Source: an uncultured Bacteroidota bacterium (GTDB lineage: Bacteria; Bacteroidota; Ignavibacteria; UBA10030; UBA6906). Taken from it: DNA of 64,000 bases. The translations under genes were made by a program, and so were the position numbers. The stretch is from contig CAVOYH010000002.1 in assembly GCA_963700635.1 (NCBI GenBank), forward strand, positions 32,001-96,000, given 5' to 3'. Below are positions 1-8,812 of this stretch, one piece after another (the first letter of the stretch is position 1; every line of letters starts with the position of its first letter). The notes under the pieces are model-generated. The model did not search any database and was not told where the DNA came from. It saw only the letters and a list, made by a program, of their open reading frames with translations.

Positions 1-412
1 GAACGTCATCATCTGGCTGACCAGCAATAATCCGACCCACCCCCATGTCGTAAATTCGAAGATGTATCAGGAAGTGGATTGGCTGATGAATGAGGGCGGC
101 GATCTGGAGCGTATCAACGCTATAAGACCCATGGTCGGCAAAGACACCCGGCTCATCACCTGCCTGGCCAGCTGGAACGAACAGGATGCCACCAAGGTCG
201 TGCCGGCAGCCCTGCAGGCAGGCATCGGACTTTACGGCTTCGCCACACCTGGAGGGAATTCCCTATTTCCTCTTGAACCGTTATTGGTACGTCCCGTGAG
301 CGATCTGACGGGTGACGACCGGAACATCGCTGTCCTTGCACGCGTGTATCACGGTGTTTCCATTGAGGCAGTCAGGGACGATTACGGCGAGTTCGTTGAG
401 CCGAGGAAGTAG
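1..412 (+). CDS. hypothetical protein, 5'-partial
   Basis: Frame of ORF 62..412 stays open back to the window edge (NVIIWLTSNNPTHPHVVNSKM...); no family recognised. Confidence 0.6.
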   Translation, partial: NVIIWLTSNNPTHPHVVNSKMYQEVDWLMNEGGDLERINAIRPMVGKDTRLITCLASWNEQDATKVVPAALQAGIGLYGFATPGGNSLFPLEPLLVRPVSDLTGDDRNIAVLARVYHGVSIEAVRDDYGEFVEPRK

Positions 413-484
413 GGTTGCCCGACTAAGCGTCGCACCAGGGCGTCTCGTGTCTGCCTTCGTTGATCACAATAGCAGGAGACTTGC

Positions 485-772
485 ATGTTGAGCGTAGTGA
501 AGCAGATTGAATCTGCTCGATTGGTCTGTCCGGTGACATATCAGCCATTGGTCATTCGAGGTGACCGGTTGGAATCGAGGGACAGGTTACATCGGTACCC
601 ATTTGTGAACGGTGTTCCCATTCTGTTCGCTGATATTCAGATGCAGAGGGAGTATCTCGAACAGGAGGGGGGTGGAATGAATCGTGAGTATCTGGCACCG
701 CCGGCGCCGAATCGTGCGAAGTTATTCACGCGGTCAAGGCAGATGAGCAGGAGTTGTGAGGAGCACACGTGA
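485..772 (+). pseudogene. Trm112-like N-terminal domain, probably a truncated methyltransferase
   Basis: LVCPVTYQPL...YPFVNGVPIL resembles the Trm112 pattern; sequence then runs into an unrelated T9SS fragment. Confidence 0.45.
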
Positions 773-948
773 CGCTCGCAGTCTTCAACGCGCTTGGGCA
801 GGAGGTGGCCAAGTTGGCAAACGGAGAGATGGATGCGGGGTATCACGAGGTGGAGTTTGATGGAAGAGGTCTTTCGAGTGGCGTGTACTTGTACAGGTTG
901 CAGGCGAGATCGTACGTGGAGACCAAACAATTTCTGCTCTTGCGGTGA
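769..948 (+). pseudogene. orphan T9SS type A C-terminal sorting domain fragment (not in ORF track)
   Basis: Translates VTLAVFNALGQEVAKLANGEMDAGYHEVEFDGRGLSSGVYLYRLQARSYVETKQFLLLR*, clearly similar to the C-terminus of 9036..10085; in-frame TGA at 757-759. Confidence 0.85.
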
Positions 949-1002
949 GGATTGCGGTGCACTACGTGGCCAGTCAACAAGATTCTAAGGAGAATACGAT
1001 CC

Positions 1003-2226
1003 ATGAGCACGGACACATTGGTTGAAGATGCGCTGAAGCGACTTAAAGAGTTTTTGCGTCTCGAGGCTGCAGGCGGGATTCTGTTGATGGCGGCAGCGGT
1101 GGCGGCGATGGTGGTTGCCAACTCTCCGCTAGCCATGTACTACGACAGGTTGCTGGATCTCCCCTTGGTCATCAAGATCGGAACATTTGGACTGAGTAAG
1201 CCTCTACTTCTCTGGATCAACGACGGGCTGATGGCCGTCTTCTTCTTTCTTGTTGGAATGGAACTGAAACGCGAGGTAGTCGAGGGGCACCTGTCGAGTC
1301 TGCGCCGGGCGAGTTTGCCAGCGTTCGCTGCAGTGGGCGGGATGCTCGTGCCTGCCGCCATCTATGTTACGCTAAACTGGGGCGACCCGGTTGCGATGAA
1401 AGGGTGGGCTATCCCTACGTCCACCGACATCGCCTTTGCGTTGGGCGTGCTCTCGCTTCTTGGCGATCGGGTGCCGACCGCGCTTAAGGCATTTTTATTG
1501 AGTCTTGCCATTTTCGACGACATTGCGGCCATCGTGATGATTGGGCTGTTCTACACGGCCGAGATCTCGCTTCTGGCACTTGTCGTTGCGGTCGTTCTGG
1601 TGATAGGGCTCTTCTGGCTGAACCGTTCGGGAGTAACGAGACCTGCGGCCTACTTCCTGCTCGGTGTCCCGTTGTGGGCGGCTGTCTTGAACTCTGGCGT
1701 GCACGCTACACTGGCTGGAGTCGTGTTAGCGATGTTCATCCCGTTGCGCGTTCCGGAGAACACGCTTACCTGGACGTCGGACAGGTCGCCATTGCACCAT
1801 CTCGAACATGCGCTGCATCCGTGGGTGGCGTATGGTGTCCTGCCGATCTTCGCGTTTGCCAACGCGGGTGTTTCAATTCTGACGCTCTCGTTCGCTGACC
1901 TGCTTCATCCGGTGCCGCTTGGTATCGCGACCGGGCTCTTGCTTGGCAACCAGGTCGGGATCATGGGAATGTCCTGGCTGGCGGTGCGGACGGGGATCGC
2001 GTCGATCCCCGAGGGCGTGCGCTGGTCACACATCTATGGTGCGTCGTTGATCAGCGGCGTCGGGTTTACGATGAGCCTGTTTATTGCGTCCCTGGCGTTT
2101 GAGCAGGGCGGCGCAGCGTATCTCGGACTGGAGCGACTCGGAGTGCTCACCGGATCGCTGCTTGCCGGGCTGGCGGGCTATGTCGTGCTTCGTCTTGTGT
2201 TGCGTGACGGGCAAAAAGTCTTATGA
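1003..2226 (+). CDS. nhaA: Na+/H+ antiporter NhaA
   Basis: WINDGLMAVFFF, GWAIPTSTDIAF, LAIFDD, GVHATLAG, GVGFTMSLFI motifs; AAGGAG upstream of ATG 1003. Confidence 0.97.
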   Translation: MSTDTLVEDALKRLKEFLRLEAAGGILLMAAAVAAMVVANSPLAMYYDRLLDLPLVIKIGTFGLSKPLLLWINDGLMAVFFFLVGMELKREVVEGHLSSLRRASLPAFAAVGGMLVPAAIYVTLNWGDPVAMKGWAIPTSTDIAFALGVLSLLGDRVPTALKAFLLSLAIFDDIAAIVMIGLFYTAEISLLALVVAVVLVIGLFWLNRSGVTRPAAYFLLGVPLWAAVLNSGVHATLAGVVLAMFIPLRVPENTLTWTSDRSPLHHLEHALHPWVAYGVLPIFAFANAGVSILTLSFADLLHPVPLGIATGLLLGNQVGIMGMSWLAVRTGIASIPEGVRWSHIYGASLISGVGFTMSLFIASLAFEQGGAAYLGLERLGVLTGSLLAGLAGYVVLRLVLRDGQKVL

Positions 2227-2410
2227 CAAGCAGTGCACGCGAGAGTTACTCTTTGCGACCGCGGGATCGTCAATTGTCGAAATACCGCACACTAGATCAC
2301 ACACTCGCACTGCCTGAAAATAGTGGTTTTGGATCGTGGCCCCCGCAATTGTTGCTCAACATTGTTGAGCAGGGCTTCACATCGAGCAGGATCGCGGGCA
2401 TGACGAAATC

Positions 2411-2440
2411 AATATAGCATCAAGGGGTGGGGTGTGTCAA
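2411..2440 (-). promoter_or_regulatory. sigma70-like promoter with no intact downstream gene
   Basis: Minus strand TTGACA-18 nt-TATATT with TG extension. Confidence 0.45.
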
Positions 2441-2571
2441 GAGCGTGCCGGCGTTTCTCTGGACCGTCTAATTGCCACATCCTCCTGCTGTTACGTGGGA
2501 TTTTTTCTCCACAGGTCACCCAAATGCAGATATATTACTCATGAATCGCAATATCTCCGATGCTGCTTCAC

Positions 2572-2590
2572 AACCTACTATATGTTAGAC
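2572..2590 (+). other. putative integron attI site
   Basis: AACCTAC-TATAT-GTTAGAC. GTTAGACCGCC (2584-2594) is complementary, with one mismatch, to GGCGGTCAAAC (3145-3155) at the next attC. No attC hairpin precedes this GTT. Confidence 0.55.
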
Positions 2591-2653
2591 CGCCATGCGA
2601 AGGAGGGTTAGACTGTGCAGAGAGAGCAATACCCGATCAAATGGAGAAGCGAC

Positions 2654-3139
2654 ATGACAACGCCAGCAAAGAACACGGTGTGCCTTTGGTACGATGGCGG
2701 CGCCGAAGAAGCGGCACGGTTTTATGCCGACACTTTTCCAGATTCGTCCGTCGGTGCAATCCACCGCGCGCCGGGAGACTTCCCCTCGGGAGAGAAAGGG
2801 GAAGTATTGACAGTCGAGTTCACTGTAATGGGGATCCCGTGCCTCGGGCTCAATGGCGGACCTGCATTCACACACAGCGAGGCGTTTTCGTTTCAGGTGG
2901 CGACCACTGACCAAGCGGAAACGGATCGCTATTGGAACGCGATCGTCGGCAACAGCGGTCAGGAGAGCGCGTGTGGCTGGTGCAAAGACAAGTGGGGGGT
3001 GTCATGGCAGATAACGCCGATCGCCCTGTTGAAAGCAATCACGGACCCCGATCCTGCAGCCGCCAAGCGCGCATTCGATGCGATGATGCAGATGAGAAAT
3101 ATCGACATCGCTGCAATTGAGGCGGCGCTTCGCGGTTGA
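2654..3139 (+). CDS. VOC/PhnB-like (3-demethylubiquinone-9 3-methyltransferase family) protein, cassette 1
   Basis: CLWYDGGAEEAARFY, LNGGPAF, CGWCKDKWGVSWQI motifs. Confidence 0.92.
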   Translation: MTTPAKNTVCLWYDGGAEEAARFYADTFPDSSVGAIHRAPGDFPSGEKGEVLTVEFTVMGIPCLGLNGGPAFTHSEAFSFQVATTDQAETDRYWNAIVGNSGQESACGWCKDKWGVSWQITPIALLKAITDPDPAAAKRAFDAMMQMRNIDIAAIEAALRG

Positions 3140-3148
3140 AAGCGGGCG

Positions 3149-3270
3149 GTCAAACAAACGGCTGCACCTGACGCCGCGGTGTGGTGGTGGTCACGATGCG
3201 GTAACCAGAGACGGTATACATTCAATTCAACAGCACGACTCGCGGCGCAGGTGAGCCGCAGCCGTTATGC
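3149..3270 (+). other. attC site 1
   Basis: R'' GTCAAAC, 5-nt spacer, L'' GCTGCACC (3161-3168) ... L' GGTGAGC (3250-3256), R' GTTATGC (3264-3270); one extra base in L'' and inner GCCGCG/CGCGGC stem. Confidence 0.92.
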
Positions 3271-3288
3271 GTCTGAACTACCGACAGC

Positions 3289-3717
3289 ATGGAGAGTAAG
3301 AGCATGAAAGGAACCTCATCCGCCGTATCTGAAGTTCGTGCAGTGCTTGAAGCCTGGGCGGCGGCGACACGACAAAACAAGAAGAATGAAATCCTGAAGA
3401 ACCATGCCGACGATCTCGTGATTTTCGATGTGTTGCCACCGATGAAATATGTAGGGGCCGAGTCCTATCAGCGTGGCTGGGACGATTGGCAACCAGAAAC
3501 GCAGGGCGAGGCGGTTTTCAATCTTGAGGGTCTCTCCGTTACGGCAGGTAACGACGTCGCATTTGCCCATTGCTTTATTCGTTGTGGCGGGACCATGCCG
3601 GATGGCCACACATTTCAAGATTTGGTCCGTGCTACGTTTTGCCTCCGAAACGTAAATGGTGCTTGGAAAGTGGCGCATCAGCATGTCTCGAAGCCCTTTG
3701 AGCGCTCAGATAGCTGA
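3289..3717 (+). CDS. SnoaL-like/NTF2-fold (YybH/DUF4440) protein, cassette 2
   Basis: DLVIFDVLPP, VRATFCLRNVNGAWKVAHQHVSKP motifs; bounded by GTTATGC and GCATAAC. Confidence 0.9.
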   Translation: MESKSMKGTSSAVSEVRAVLEAWAAATRQNKKNEILKNHADDLVIFDVLPPMKYVGAESYQRGWDDWQPETQGEAVFNLEGLSVTAGNDVAFAHCFIRCGGTMPDGHTFQDLVRATFCLRNVNGAWKVAHQHVSKPFERSDS

Positions 3718-3732
3718 CAGCAAGCAACGGAC

Positions 3733-3790
3733 GCATAACAACCGGTTTCACGCGACCGGCTACGCCGGCGCGTGAACCGGAGCGTTAGGG
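3733..3790 (+). other. attC site 2 (58 bp)
   Basis: GCATAAC AACCG GTTTCACG CGACCGGC TAC GCCGGCG CGTGAAC CGGAGC GTTAGGG; its R'' is the exact complement of GTTATGC at 3264. Confidence 0.95.
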
Positions 3791-3794
3791 GGAT

Positions 3795-4067
3795 TCAGGC
3801 AGCGTGAATGAGGCGTCGTTCGGCCTTATAGAGATCATGGGTGACTTGGAGATTCATCCAGAACTCAGATGAGGTTCGGAGCACACGGCCAAGGAGAATG
3901 GCGGTTTCGGCAGTGATATCTCGCTTGCCGTTGACAACAGTATTCACTCGCTGGATTGGCACCTTCATTCTCTTGGCCAGTTCGACCTGTGAAATCCCCA
4001 TGGGCTCGAGAAACTCGGTACGGAGAATTTCCCCCGGGTGTGTTGGCGTGCGCTTCTTCGGAACCAT
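3795..4067 (-). CDS. higA: HigA antitoxin (HTH)
   Basis: PTHPGEILRTEFLEPMGISQ...FWMNLQ motif. Confidence 0.95.
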   Translation of the reverse strand: MVPKKRTPTHPGEILRTEFLEPMGISQVELAKRMKVPIQRVNTVVNGKRDITAETAILLGRVLRTSSEFWMNLQVTHDLYKAERRLIHAA

Positions 4068-4074
4068 GTGACAC

Positions 4075-4368
4075 CTATGAATGATAGTCGAGAATACAGA
4101 CCTTTTTGGCGTTGCCTTCGGTCCAGTGAAAGATAAGACGAAACTGATCATTGACTCGTATGCTGTGAAAAGCCGAGAGCTTGCCCTTGAGCTTTTCGAG
4201 TCGGTTCCCCGGCGGGACTCGGAGATCCCGCAGATCATGGGCTGCGTTGAGCATATCAAGCTTTCGGCGTGCTACGAGCCACATTGTCATCGGGATTCGC
4301 CGTGCCGCTGGCGTATCCTCACCGTTGAAGATGTCTTCCGTGGACTGGTCACCGAAGTCAAGGATCAT
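4075..4368 (-). CDS. higB: HigB (RelE/ParE superfamily) toxin
   Basis: DLRVPPGNRLEKLKG...HSIRVNDQFRLIF...DYH motif; lies upstream of the antitoxin. Confidence 0.95.
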   Translation of the reverse strand: MILDFGDQSTEDIFNGEDTPAARRIPMTMWLVARRKLDMLNAAHDLRDLRVPPGNRLEKLKGKLSAFHSIRVNDQFRLIFHWTEGNAKKVCILDYHS

Positions 4369-4373
4369 GGGGC

Positions 4374-4402
4374 AATATACTGATTTAACGGTTGCTGTGC
4401 AA
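4374..4402 (-). promoter_or_regulatory. higBA promoter, likely leaderless transcript
   Basis: Minus strand TTGCAC-17 nt-TATATT, -10 ends 5 nt before the ATG at 4368; no SD. Confidence 0.65.
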
Positions 4403-4429
4403 TAGGTATTGACGATATTGCCTGAACCC

Positions 4430-4567
4430 CGCTAACCCGCGGCTGCACCTGACGCCGCGAGCGGGGGAAGATCTATTCGTTTCGCGTGTCATCTCGCAAT
4501 TGTGATCGGGTTTCTGAGTCCGGGATGCACATCCGTCATCTTGGTGGACTCAGCAGAACCGTTGGAC
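4430..4567 (+). other. damaged or chimeric attC site 3
   Basis: CGCTAAC CCGCG GCTGCACC TGAC GCCGCG matches the left arm of attC1; matching right arm absent, a GTTGGAC occurs at 4561-4567. Confidence 0.65.
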
Positions 4568-4743
4568 AATGACTGGGTCTTCAATTATGATCAGGTGAAT
4601 GCCCGACTAGTCGATGAGCCAGCCACAGCCAACCGAATCGTCCGTGAGGGCGCACCATAGATAGACAGAAGGCACGGTGACAGTGCACTTTCGCTGCATG
4701 TGCACTGTCGCCGAGAGTGCCACAATCATTCGAGGGGAGGGGT

Positions 4744-5181
4744 ATGAGCAAAGAAAAAGTGCTGTTTGTCTGCATTCACAACAGTGCGCGAAGCCAGATG
4801 GCCGAAGCGTATCTTAGTGTGCTCGGCGGTGATCGTTTTGAGGCGGAAAGCGCCGGGATCGAGCCGGGTGTGCTCAATCCACTGGTGGTAGAGGTGTTAA
4901 AAGAGGATGGGATCGACATCTCGGGCAACAAAACTAAAGATGTCTTTGATTTCCTGAGACAGGGCAAGAAGTTTGCATACGTTGTCACGGTGTGTGACGA
5001 GACTGCGGCCGAACGATGCCCCGTATTCCCCGGAACGGCGGTGCGCCTTCATTGGGGATTCCCGGATCCCGGCGCCCTGGCCGGAACACTCGAGGAGCGG
5101 CTCGTTCAGACAAGAGTGATCCGGGATAGGATCAAAAAGAAGATCGAAGCGTTTCTGAGCGGTGATACGGCTCACTCGTAG
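4744..5181 (+). CDS. arsC: arsenate reductase, thioredoxin-coupled LMW-PTP type
   Basis: [16 protein letters not shown]-loop, VTVCD...[15 protein letters not shown]. Confidence 0.93.
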   Translation: MSKEKVLFVCIHNSARSQMAEAYLSVLGGDRFEAESAGIEPGVLNPLVVEVLKEDGIDISGNKTKDVFDFLRQGKKFAYVVTVCDETAAERCPVFPGTAVRLHWGFPDPGALAGTLEERLVQTRVIRDRIKKKIEAFLSGDTAHS

Positions 5182-5314
5182 GCAGCATGGGCCTCGCCGG
5201 GCCTTGCGGCTGATCGCTGGATTCCCAACAGCCGGAAACCGATTCCCATACGTAAGACTAACCGTGTGCGACTTCCGGCATTTGGTGCGAGAAGAGGGGA
5301 TTTTCGCTGGCATG

Positions 5315-5338
5315 CTATATGAGTATATACTCATATAG
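5315..5338. promoter_or_regulatory. probable ArsR operator
   Basis: Perfect 24-bp palindrome CTATATGAGTAT/ATACTCATATAG 30 nt upstream of arsR. Confidence 0.75.
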
Positions 5339-5368
5339 GTAAATACAACGATAGAGGTATATTCACGC

Positions 5369-5686
5369 ATGAAGAAGACATCTGCAGATCTCAAGGCTGG
5401 CATCTTGGCCGCGCTGGCTCACCCGAACCGGATCAGGATACTGGAGTATATCCGCCGCGATGTCCGGTGCAACTGCGAACTCGCTCCGGCGTTGGAGCTG
5501 GAACAGTCAAACCTCTCGCGCCACCTAAAGATCCTGGTGCAGGCCGGTGTTCTCGTGTCGTGGAAAGACGGATTGCGTGTGAATTTCAAAGTTGCGGACG
5601 AGAGGATCTTCAGAATCCTCGAGATCGCAACAGGCATTGCCCGGCAAGAAACGGAAAAACGCGCGGCAGCGCTGGAAGAAGCATAA
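5369..5686 (+). CDS. arsR: ArsR/SmtB family repressor
   Basis: ALAHPNRIRIL, RCNCEL, QSNLSRHLKIL. Confidence 0.92.
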   Translation: MKKTSADLKAGILAALAHPNRIRILEYIRRDVRCNCELAPALELEQSNLSRHLKILVQAGVLVSWKDGLRVNFKVADERIFRILEIATGIARQETEKRAAALEEA

Positions 5687-5705
5687 AACTCTGGAGAAGA
5701 CATCT

Positions 5706-5960
5706 ATGCTCATTAAAGTTCTTGGACCCGGTTGTATGAACTGCAAAACCCTCGAGAAACGCACTCAGGAGGCCGTTGCCTCCCTCGGGGTCCCTGCTGA
5801 AGTGGAAAAGGTGGGAGACATAATGCAGATAGCAACCTATGGCATCTTGCGTACTCCGGGATTGGTGATCGATGAAAAGGTTGTATCATCCGGACGTGTT
5901 CCCGCCGTCGAGGAGATCAAACAAATGATCCTCGCCCATTCAGCAAAGACAACGTCGTGA
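5706..5960 (+). CDS. small redox-active disulfide protein (MTH895/TM0996 type)
   Basis: IKVLGPGCMNCK...YGILRTPGLVIDEKVVSSGRVP. Confidence 0.9.
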   Translation: MLIKVLGPGCMNCKTLEKRTQEAVASLGVPAEVEKVGDIMQIATYGILRTPGLVIDEKVVSSGRVPAVEEIKQMILAHSAKTTS

Positions 5961-6973
5961 AGATCACACCCCTCTGGATAGCAATACTTTCTCTCATTGT
6001 TTGGCTGATCGCATACATATTCCTTCCCTCGGCAGTTGACGGACTGGTGTTTGGGGTCCTCCAGATGGAATCCGGCTCACGGATGACTTCTGCACTCCAT
6101 TTCTTCCTGTACGATACTCCCAAGGTCCTGCTCCTGCTCACGATCGTTGTATTCGGCGTCGGAATCGTGCGCTCGTATTTCTCACCTGAAAAGACCCGCA
6201 AGATCCTTGAGAATAAACCCCTCCTCCTGGGCAATGTTCTTGCGAGTACCCTTGGGATCGTAACCCCGTTTTGTTCCTGTTCGGCCGTTCCGCTCTTCAT
6301 CGGATTCGTCGAGGCGGGGATCCCCCTCGGCGTCACTTTTTCGTTCCTGATCGCAGCGCCGATGATCAACGAGATCGCCATCGTGCTGCTGTTCGGTTTG
6401 TTCGGCTGGAAGGTCACGCTTCTGTATGTCGGCACGGGGCTGAGTATTGCCATTCTGGCCGGGTACATAATCAACAAACTCAAGGTGGAACGGTTCGTCG
6501 AAGATTGGGTCTATACCATCCGGTCTCAGTCCCTGGACATGCAGGAGCAACGACTCACCCTCAACGACCGGGTGGAATATGGCTTCACCCAGGTGAGGGA
6601 GATCGTGTCGAAGGTGTGGCTGTATGTGCTTCTGGGCATAGCCGTGGGAGCGAGCATCCATGGGTACGTTCCCGAGAATTTCATGGCAAGCTTCATGGGC
6701 AAATCTGCCTGGTGGGCCGTCCCCGTCTCGGTGTTGATCGGTGTTCCGCTCTACTCCAACGCTGCCGGCATTATTCCGATCGTCCACGCACTGCTCGAAA
6801 AGGGTGCTTCGTTGGGCACGACGCTCGCCTTCATGATGTCGGTGATCGGACTGTCGCTTCCGGAAGCCATCATTCTCAGGAAGGTTCTGAAACTCCCGCT
6901 CATCTTCATATTTGTCGGCGTCGTAGCCATGGGGATCCTGATCGTGGGTTACCTCTTCAATGCAATTATGTGA
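5957..6973 (+). CDS. arsP: ArsP-family (DUF318) permease
   Basis: TPFCSCSAVPLF, GVPLYSNAAG, LSLPE motifs; multi-TM; ars context. Confidence 0.88.
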   Translation: MKITPLWIAILSLIVWLIAYIFLPSAVDGLVFGVLQMESGSRMTSALHFFLYDTPKVLLLLTIVVFGVGIVRSYFSPEKTRKILENKPLLLGNVLASTLGIVTPFCSCSAVPLFIGFVEAGIPLGVTFSFLIAAPMINEIAIVLLFGLFGWKVTLLYVGTGLSIAILAGYIINKLKVERFVEDWVYTIRSQSLDMQEQRLTLNDRVEYGFTQVREIVSKVWLYVLLGIAVGASIHGYVPENFMASFMGKSAWWAVPVSVLIGVPLYSNAAGIIPIVHALLEKGASLGTTLAFMMSVIGLSLPEAIILRKVLKLPLIFIFVGVVAMGILIVGYLFNAIM

Positions 6974-6993
6974 CACCAACAGTTGGACGTGTG

Positions 6994-7245
6994 ATGACAA
7001 CAGTGAAAGTTCTTGGGGCAGGATGCGCAAAATGCAAGGTCCTCCACCAGCGGTTGCTTGACCTGAAGACAGAGCAGGGTCTCGATTTCGAACTCATCAA
7101 AGTCACAGAGATAAATGAGATCATCTCCTACGGCATCATGGCAACACCCGGGTTGATCGTGAACGGTGTTGTCAAGAGCGTGGGGACCGTACCGAAAGAT
7201 GCACAACTCATACAATGGTTGAAGGAAGCAAGCAATGTATCATAA
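6994..7245 (+). CDS. second small redox-active disulfide protein
   Basis: VKVLGAGCAKCK...YGIMATPGLIVNG; true start is inside track ORF 6271..7245. Confidence 0.88.
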   Translation: MTTVKVLGAGCAKCKVLHQRLLDLKTEQGLDFELIKVTEINEIISYGIMATPGLIVNGVVKSVGTVPKDAQLIQWLKEASNVS

Positions 7246-7657
7246 TGGAACTCGATTGATCGCTCTCATGACGGCCACTCTCCTGGTCGTTGGCTCAACC
7301 CTATGGTCCCAGTCAAAGCCCGCGAAAGGTCAGGCGGCAGGTGAAGCGACGGCCATACAACCGCTTGTGACATTTGTCGAACTCGGCTCGGTGAAATGCA
7401 TCCCCTGTCGTCAGATGCAGCCGATCATGAAAGCCATCGAGGAGAAATATGGCAAGCAGGTGAACGTCGTATTCTATGACGTGTGGAAGGAAGATCAGCG
7501 TGCGTATGCTGAGAAGTATGGCATCAAGGTTATTCCAACACAGGTGTTCCTTGATAAGGAAGGCAAAGAGTTTTTCCGACATGAAGGGTTCTTTCCTGAA
7601 TCGGAGATCGACAAACTCCTGCAGAAGCGCGGACTGAACGCCCGTAGCGGAGGTTAG
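7235..7657 (+). CDS. exported thioredoxin-family protein
   Basis: Signal peptide, ELGSVKCIPCRQM, IPTQVFLD. Confidence 0.9.
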   Translation: MYHNGTRLIALMTATLLVVGSTLWSQSKPAKGQAAGEATAIQPLVTFVELGSVKCIPCRQMQPIMKAIEEKYGKQVNVVFYDVWKEDQRAYAEKYGIKVIPTQVFLDKEGKEFFRHEGFFPESEIDKLLQKRGLNARSGG

Positions 7658-7660
7658 TCC

Positions 7661-8362
7661 ATGCTTGATCAGATCTTGACGTGGCTGACTATGGGAATGG
7701 GCGACTCATTTGGGATCGCACTGGTTGCCGCCGTCGGATGGGGCGTTATCAGCATTCTTCTCAGCCCCTGTCATCTCTCGAGCATTCCCCTCGTTATTGG
7801 CTACATCAGCAGTCAGGGGCAGGAAGGGTCGAAACGGCCCTATCTGCTTTCCCTGGTGTTCGCGGTAGGGATTCTAATCACGATCGGTGTGATCGGCGCG
7901 GCCACCGCATCGGTGGGCAGGATGATGGGCGACGTCGGCGTGTGGGGCAACGTTATAGTCGCGGGGGTGTTCTTTGTTGTTGGCCTGTACCTCATGGACG
8001 TCATCAGCCTCTCGTGGGGTGGGATCATCCCCCGGACTTCATTCGCTCGAGGGTGGAAAGGGGCGCTTCTGTTGGGCCTCATTTTTGGCATCGGGCTGGG
8101 TCCCTGCACGTTTGCCTATATGGCGCCAGTGCTCGGCGTCGCTTTCAGCATGGCCTCGACAAGTGTGCTCCGGGCCGTTTCGCTTGTTGCTGCCTTCGGG
8201 TTGGGGCACTGTGCCGTGATCGTGGGAGCCGGAGGCGCGGCCGGAACAGTGCAGAAATATCTGAACTGGACGGAACAGTCGAAGGGTGCAACGTATCTGA
8301 AGCGTGGCGCCGGGGTGCTTGTCATCCTGGCAGGCGTGTACTATATCTACACGGCTTTGTGA
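7661..8362 (+). CDS. ccdA: CcdA/DsbD-type transmembrane electron transporter
   Basis: LSPCHL and GPCT motifs in a hydrophobic protein. Confidence 0.85.
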   Translation: MLDQILTWLTMGMGDSFGIALVAAVGWGVISILLSPCHLSSIPLVIGYISSQGQEGSKRPYLLSLVFAVGILITIGVIGAATASVGRMMGDVGVWGNVIVAGVFFVVGLYLMDVISLSWGGIIPRTSFARGWKGALLLGLIFGIGLGPCTFAYMAPVLGVAFSMASTSVLRAVSLVAAFGLGHCAVIVGAGGAAGTVQKYLNWTEQSKGATYLKRGAGVLVILAGVYYIYTAL

Positions 8363-8488
8363 GGTTCAGTATGCATGCTTGCGTTGAGAGGTGCATGGTT
8401 TGTGAATTCGATCGGCAGGTTTGCGAAAGATGATGATGCCACTCACCTACATCGACCAAGTTATTCCCACATCCGTAAGGACGGAGTC

Positions 8489-8767
8489 ATGAGTGTCCCC
8501 CGAGAACTGATCCCGTGGTATCCTACCATAGAGCAGGACCTTTGCACGAATTGTGGCGTGTGTGTGGATTTCTGCAAACATGGCGTATATGCGTTGGAAG
8601 ATGTCCGGACTGTGGTTTCGGTCCCTTTTAACTGTGTCGTAGGATGCACCGGTTGCGAAGGTCAATGCGCCAGTGGTGCGATCCGACTCCCGGAAATGGA
8701 GCAATTTATCATAACGCCGAGGGAACTTCGCGCGGGGGCCTGCCCCAAGTTTGTGTACCAATGTTGA
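8489..8767 (+). CDS. 4Fe-4S dicluster ferredoxin
   Basis: IPWYPTI, CTNCGVCVDFC and CVVGCTGCEGQC; GGAG before ATG 8489. Confidence 0.88.
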   Translation: MSVPRELIPWYPTIEQDLCTNCGVCVDFCKHGVYALEDVRTVVSVPFNCVVGCTGCEGQCASGAIRLPEMEQFIITPRELRAGACPKFVYQC

Positions 8768-8774
8768 GGTAAAC

Positions 8775-8801
8775 AAAAAACGCCCCGATACCTGGGGCGT
8801 T
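8775..8801. terminator. intrinsic terminator-like hairpin
   Basis: AACGCCCC-GATACCT-GGGGCGTT with an A-tract on the left (U-tract on minus strand). Confidence 0.55.
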
Positions 8802-8812
8802 CGTGTTCTAAT

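Noticed and set aside
415-445. GCCCGAC TAAGC GTCGCACC after the first ORF as a degenerate attC left arm
   Set aside because: No AAC and no complementary right arm; too weak.
2220-2262. TTATGAC AAGCA GTGCACGCG after nhaA as attC, making nhaA a cassette
   Set aside because: No matching L'/R' boxes and no GTT boundary before nhaA.
2353-2371. Palindrome TGCTCAACA-T-TGTTGAGCA
   Set aside because: Real but isolated; no gene or element can be assigned to it.
6271-6993. Long N-terminal extension of track ORF 6271..7245
   Set aside because: Shadow frame of arsP; the real protein starts at 6994.
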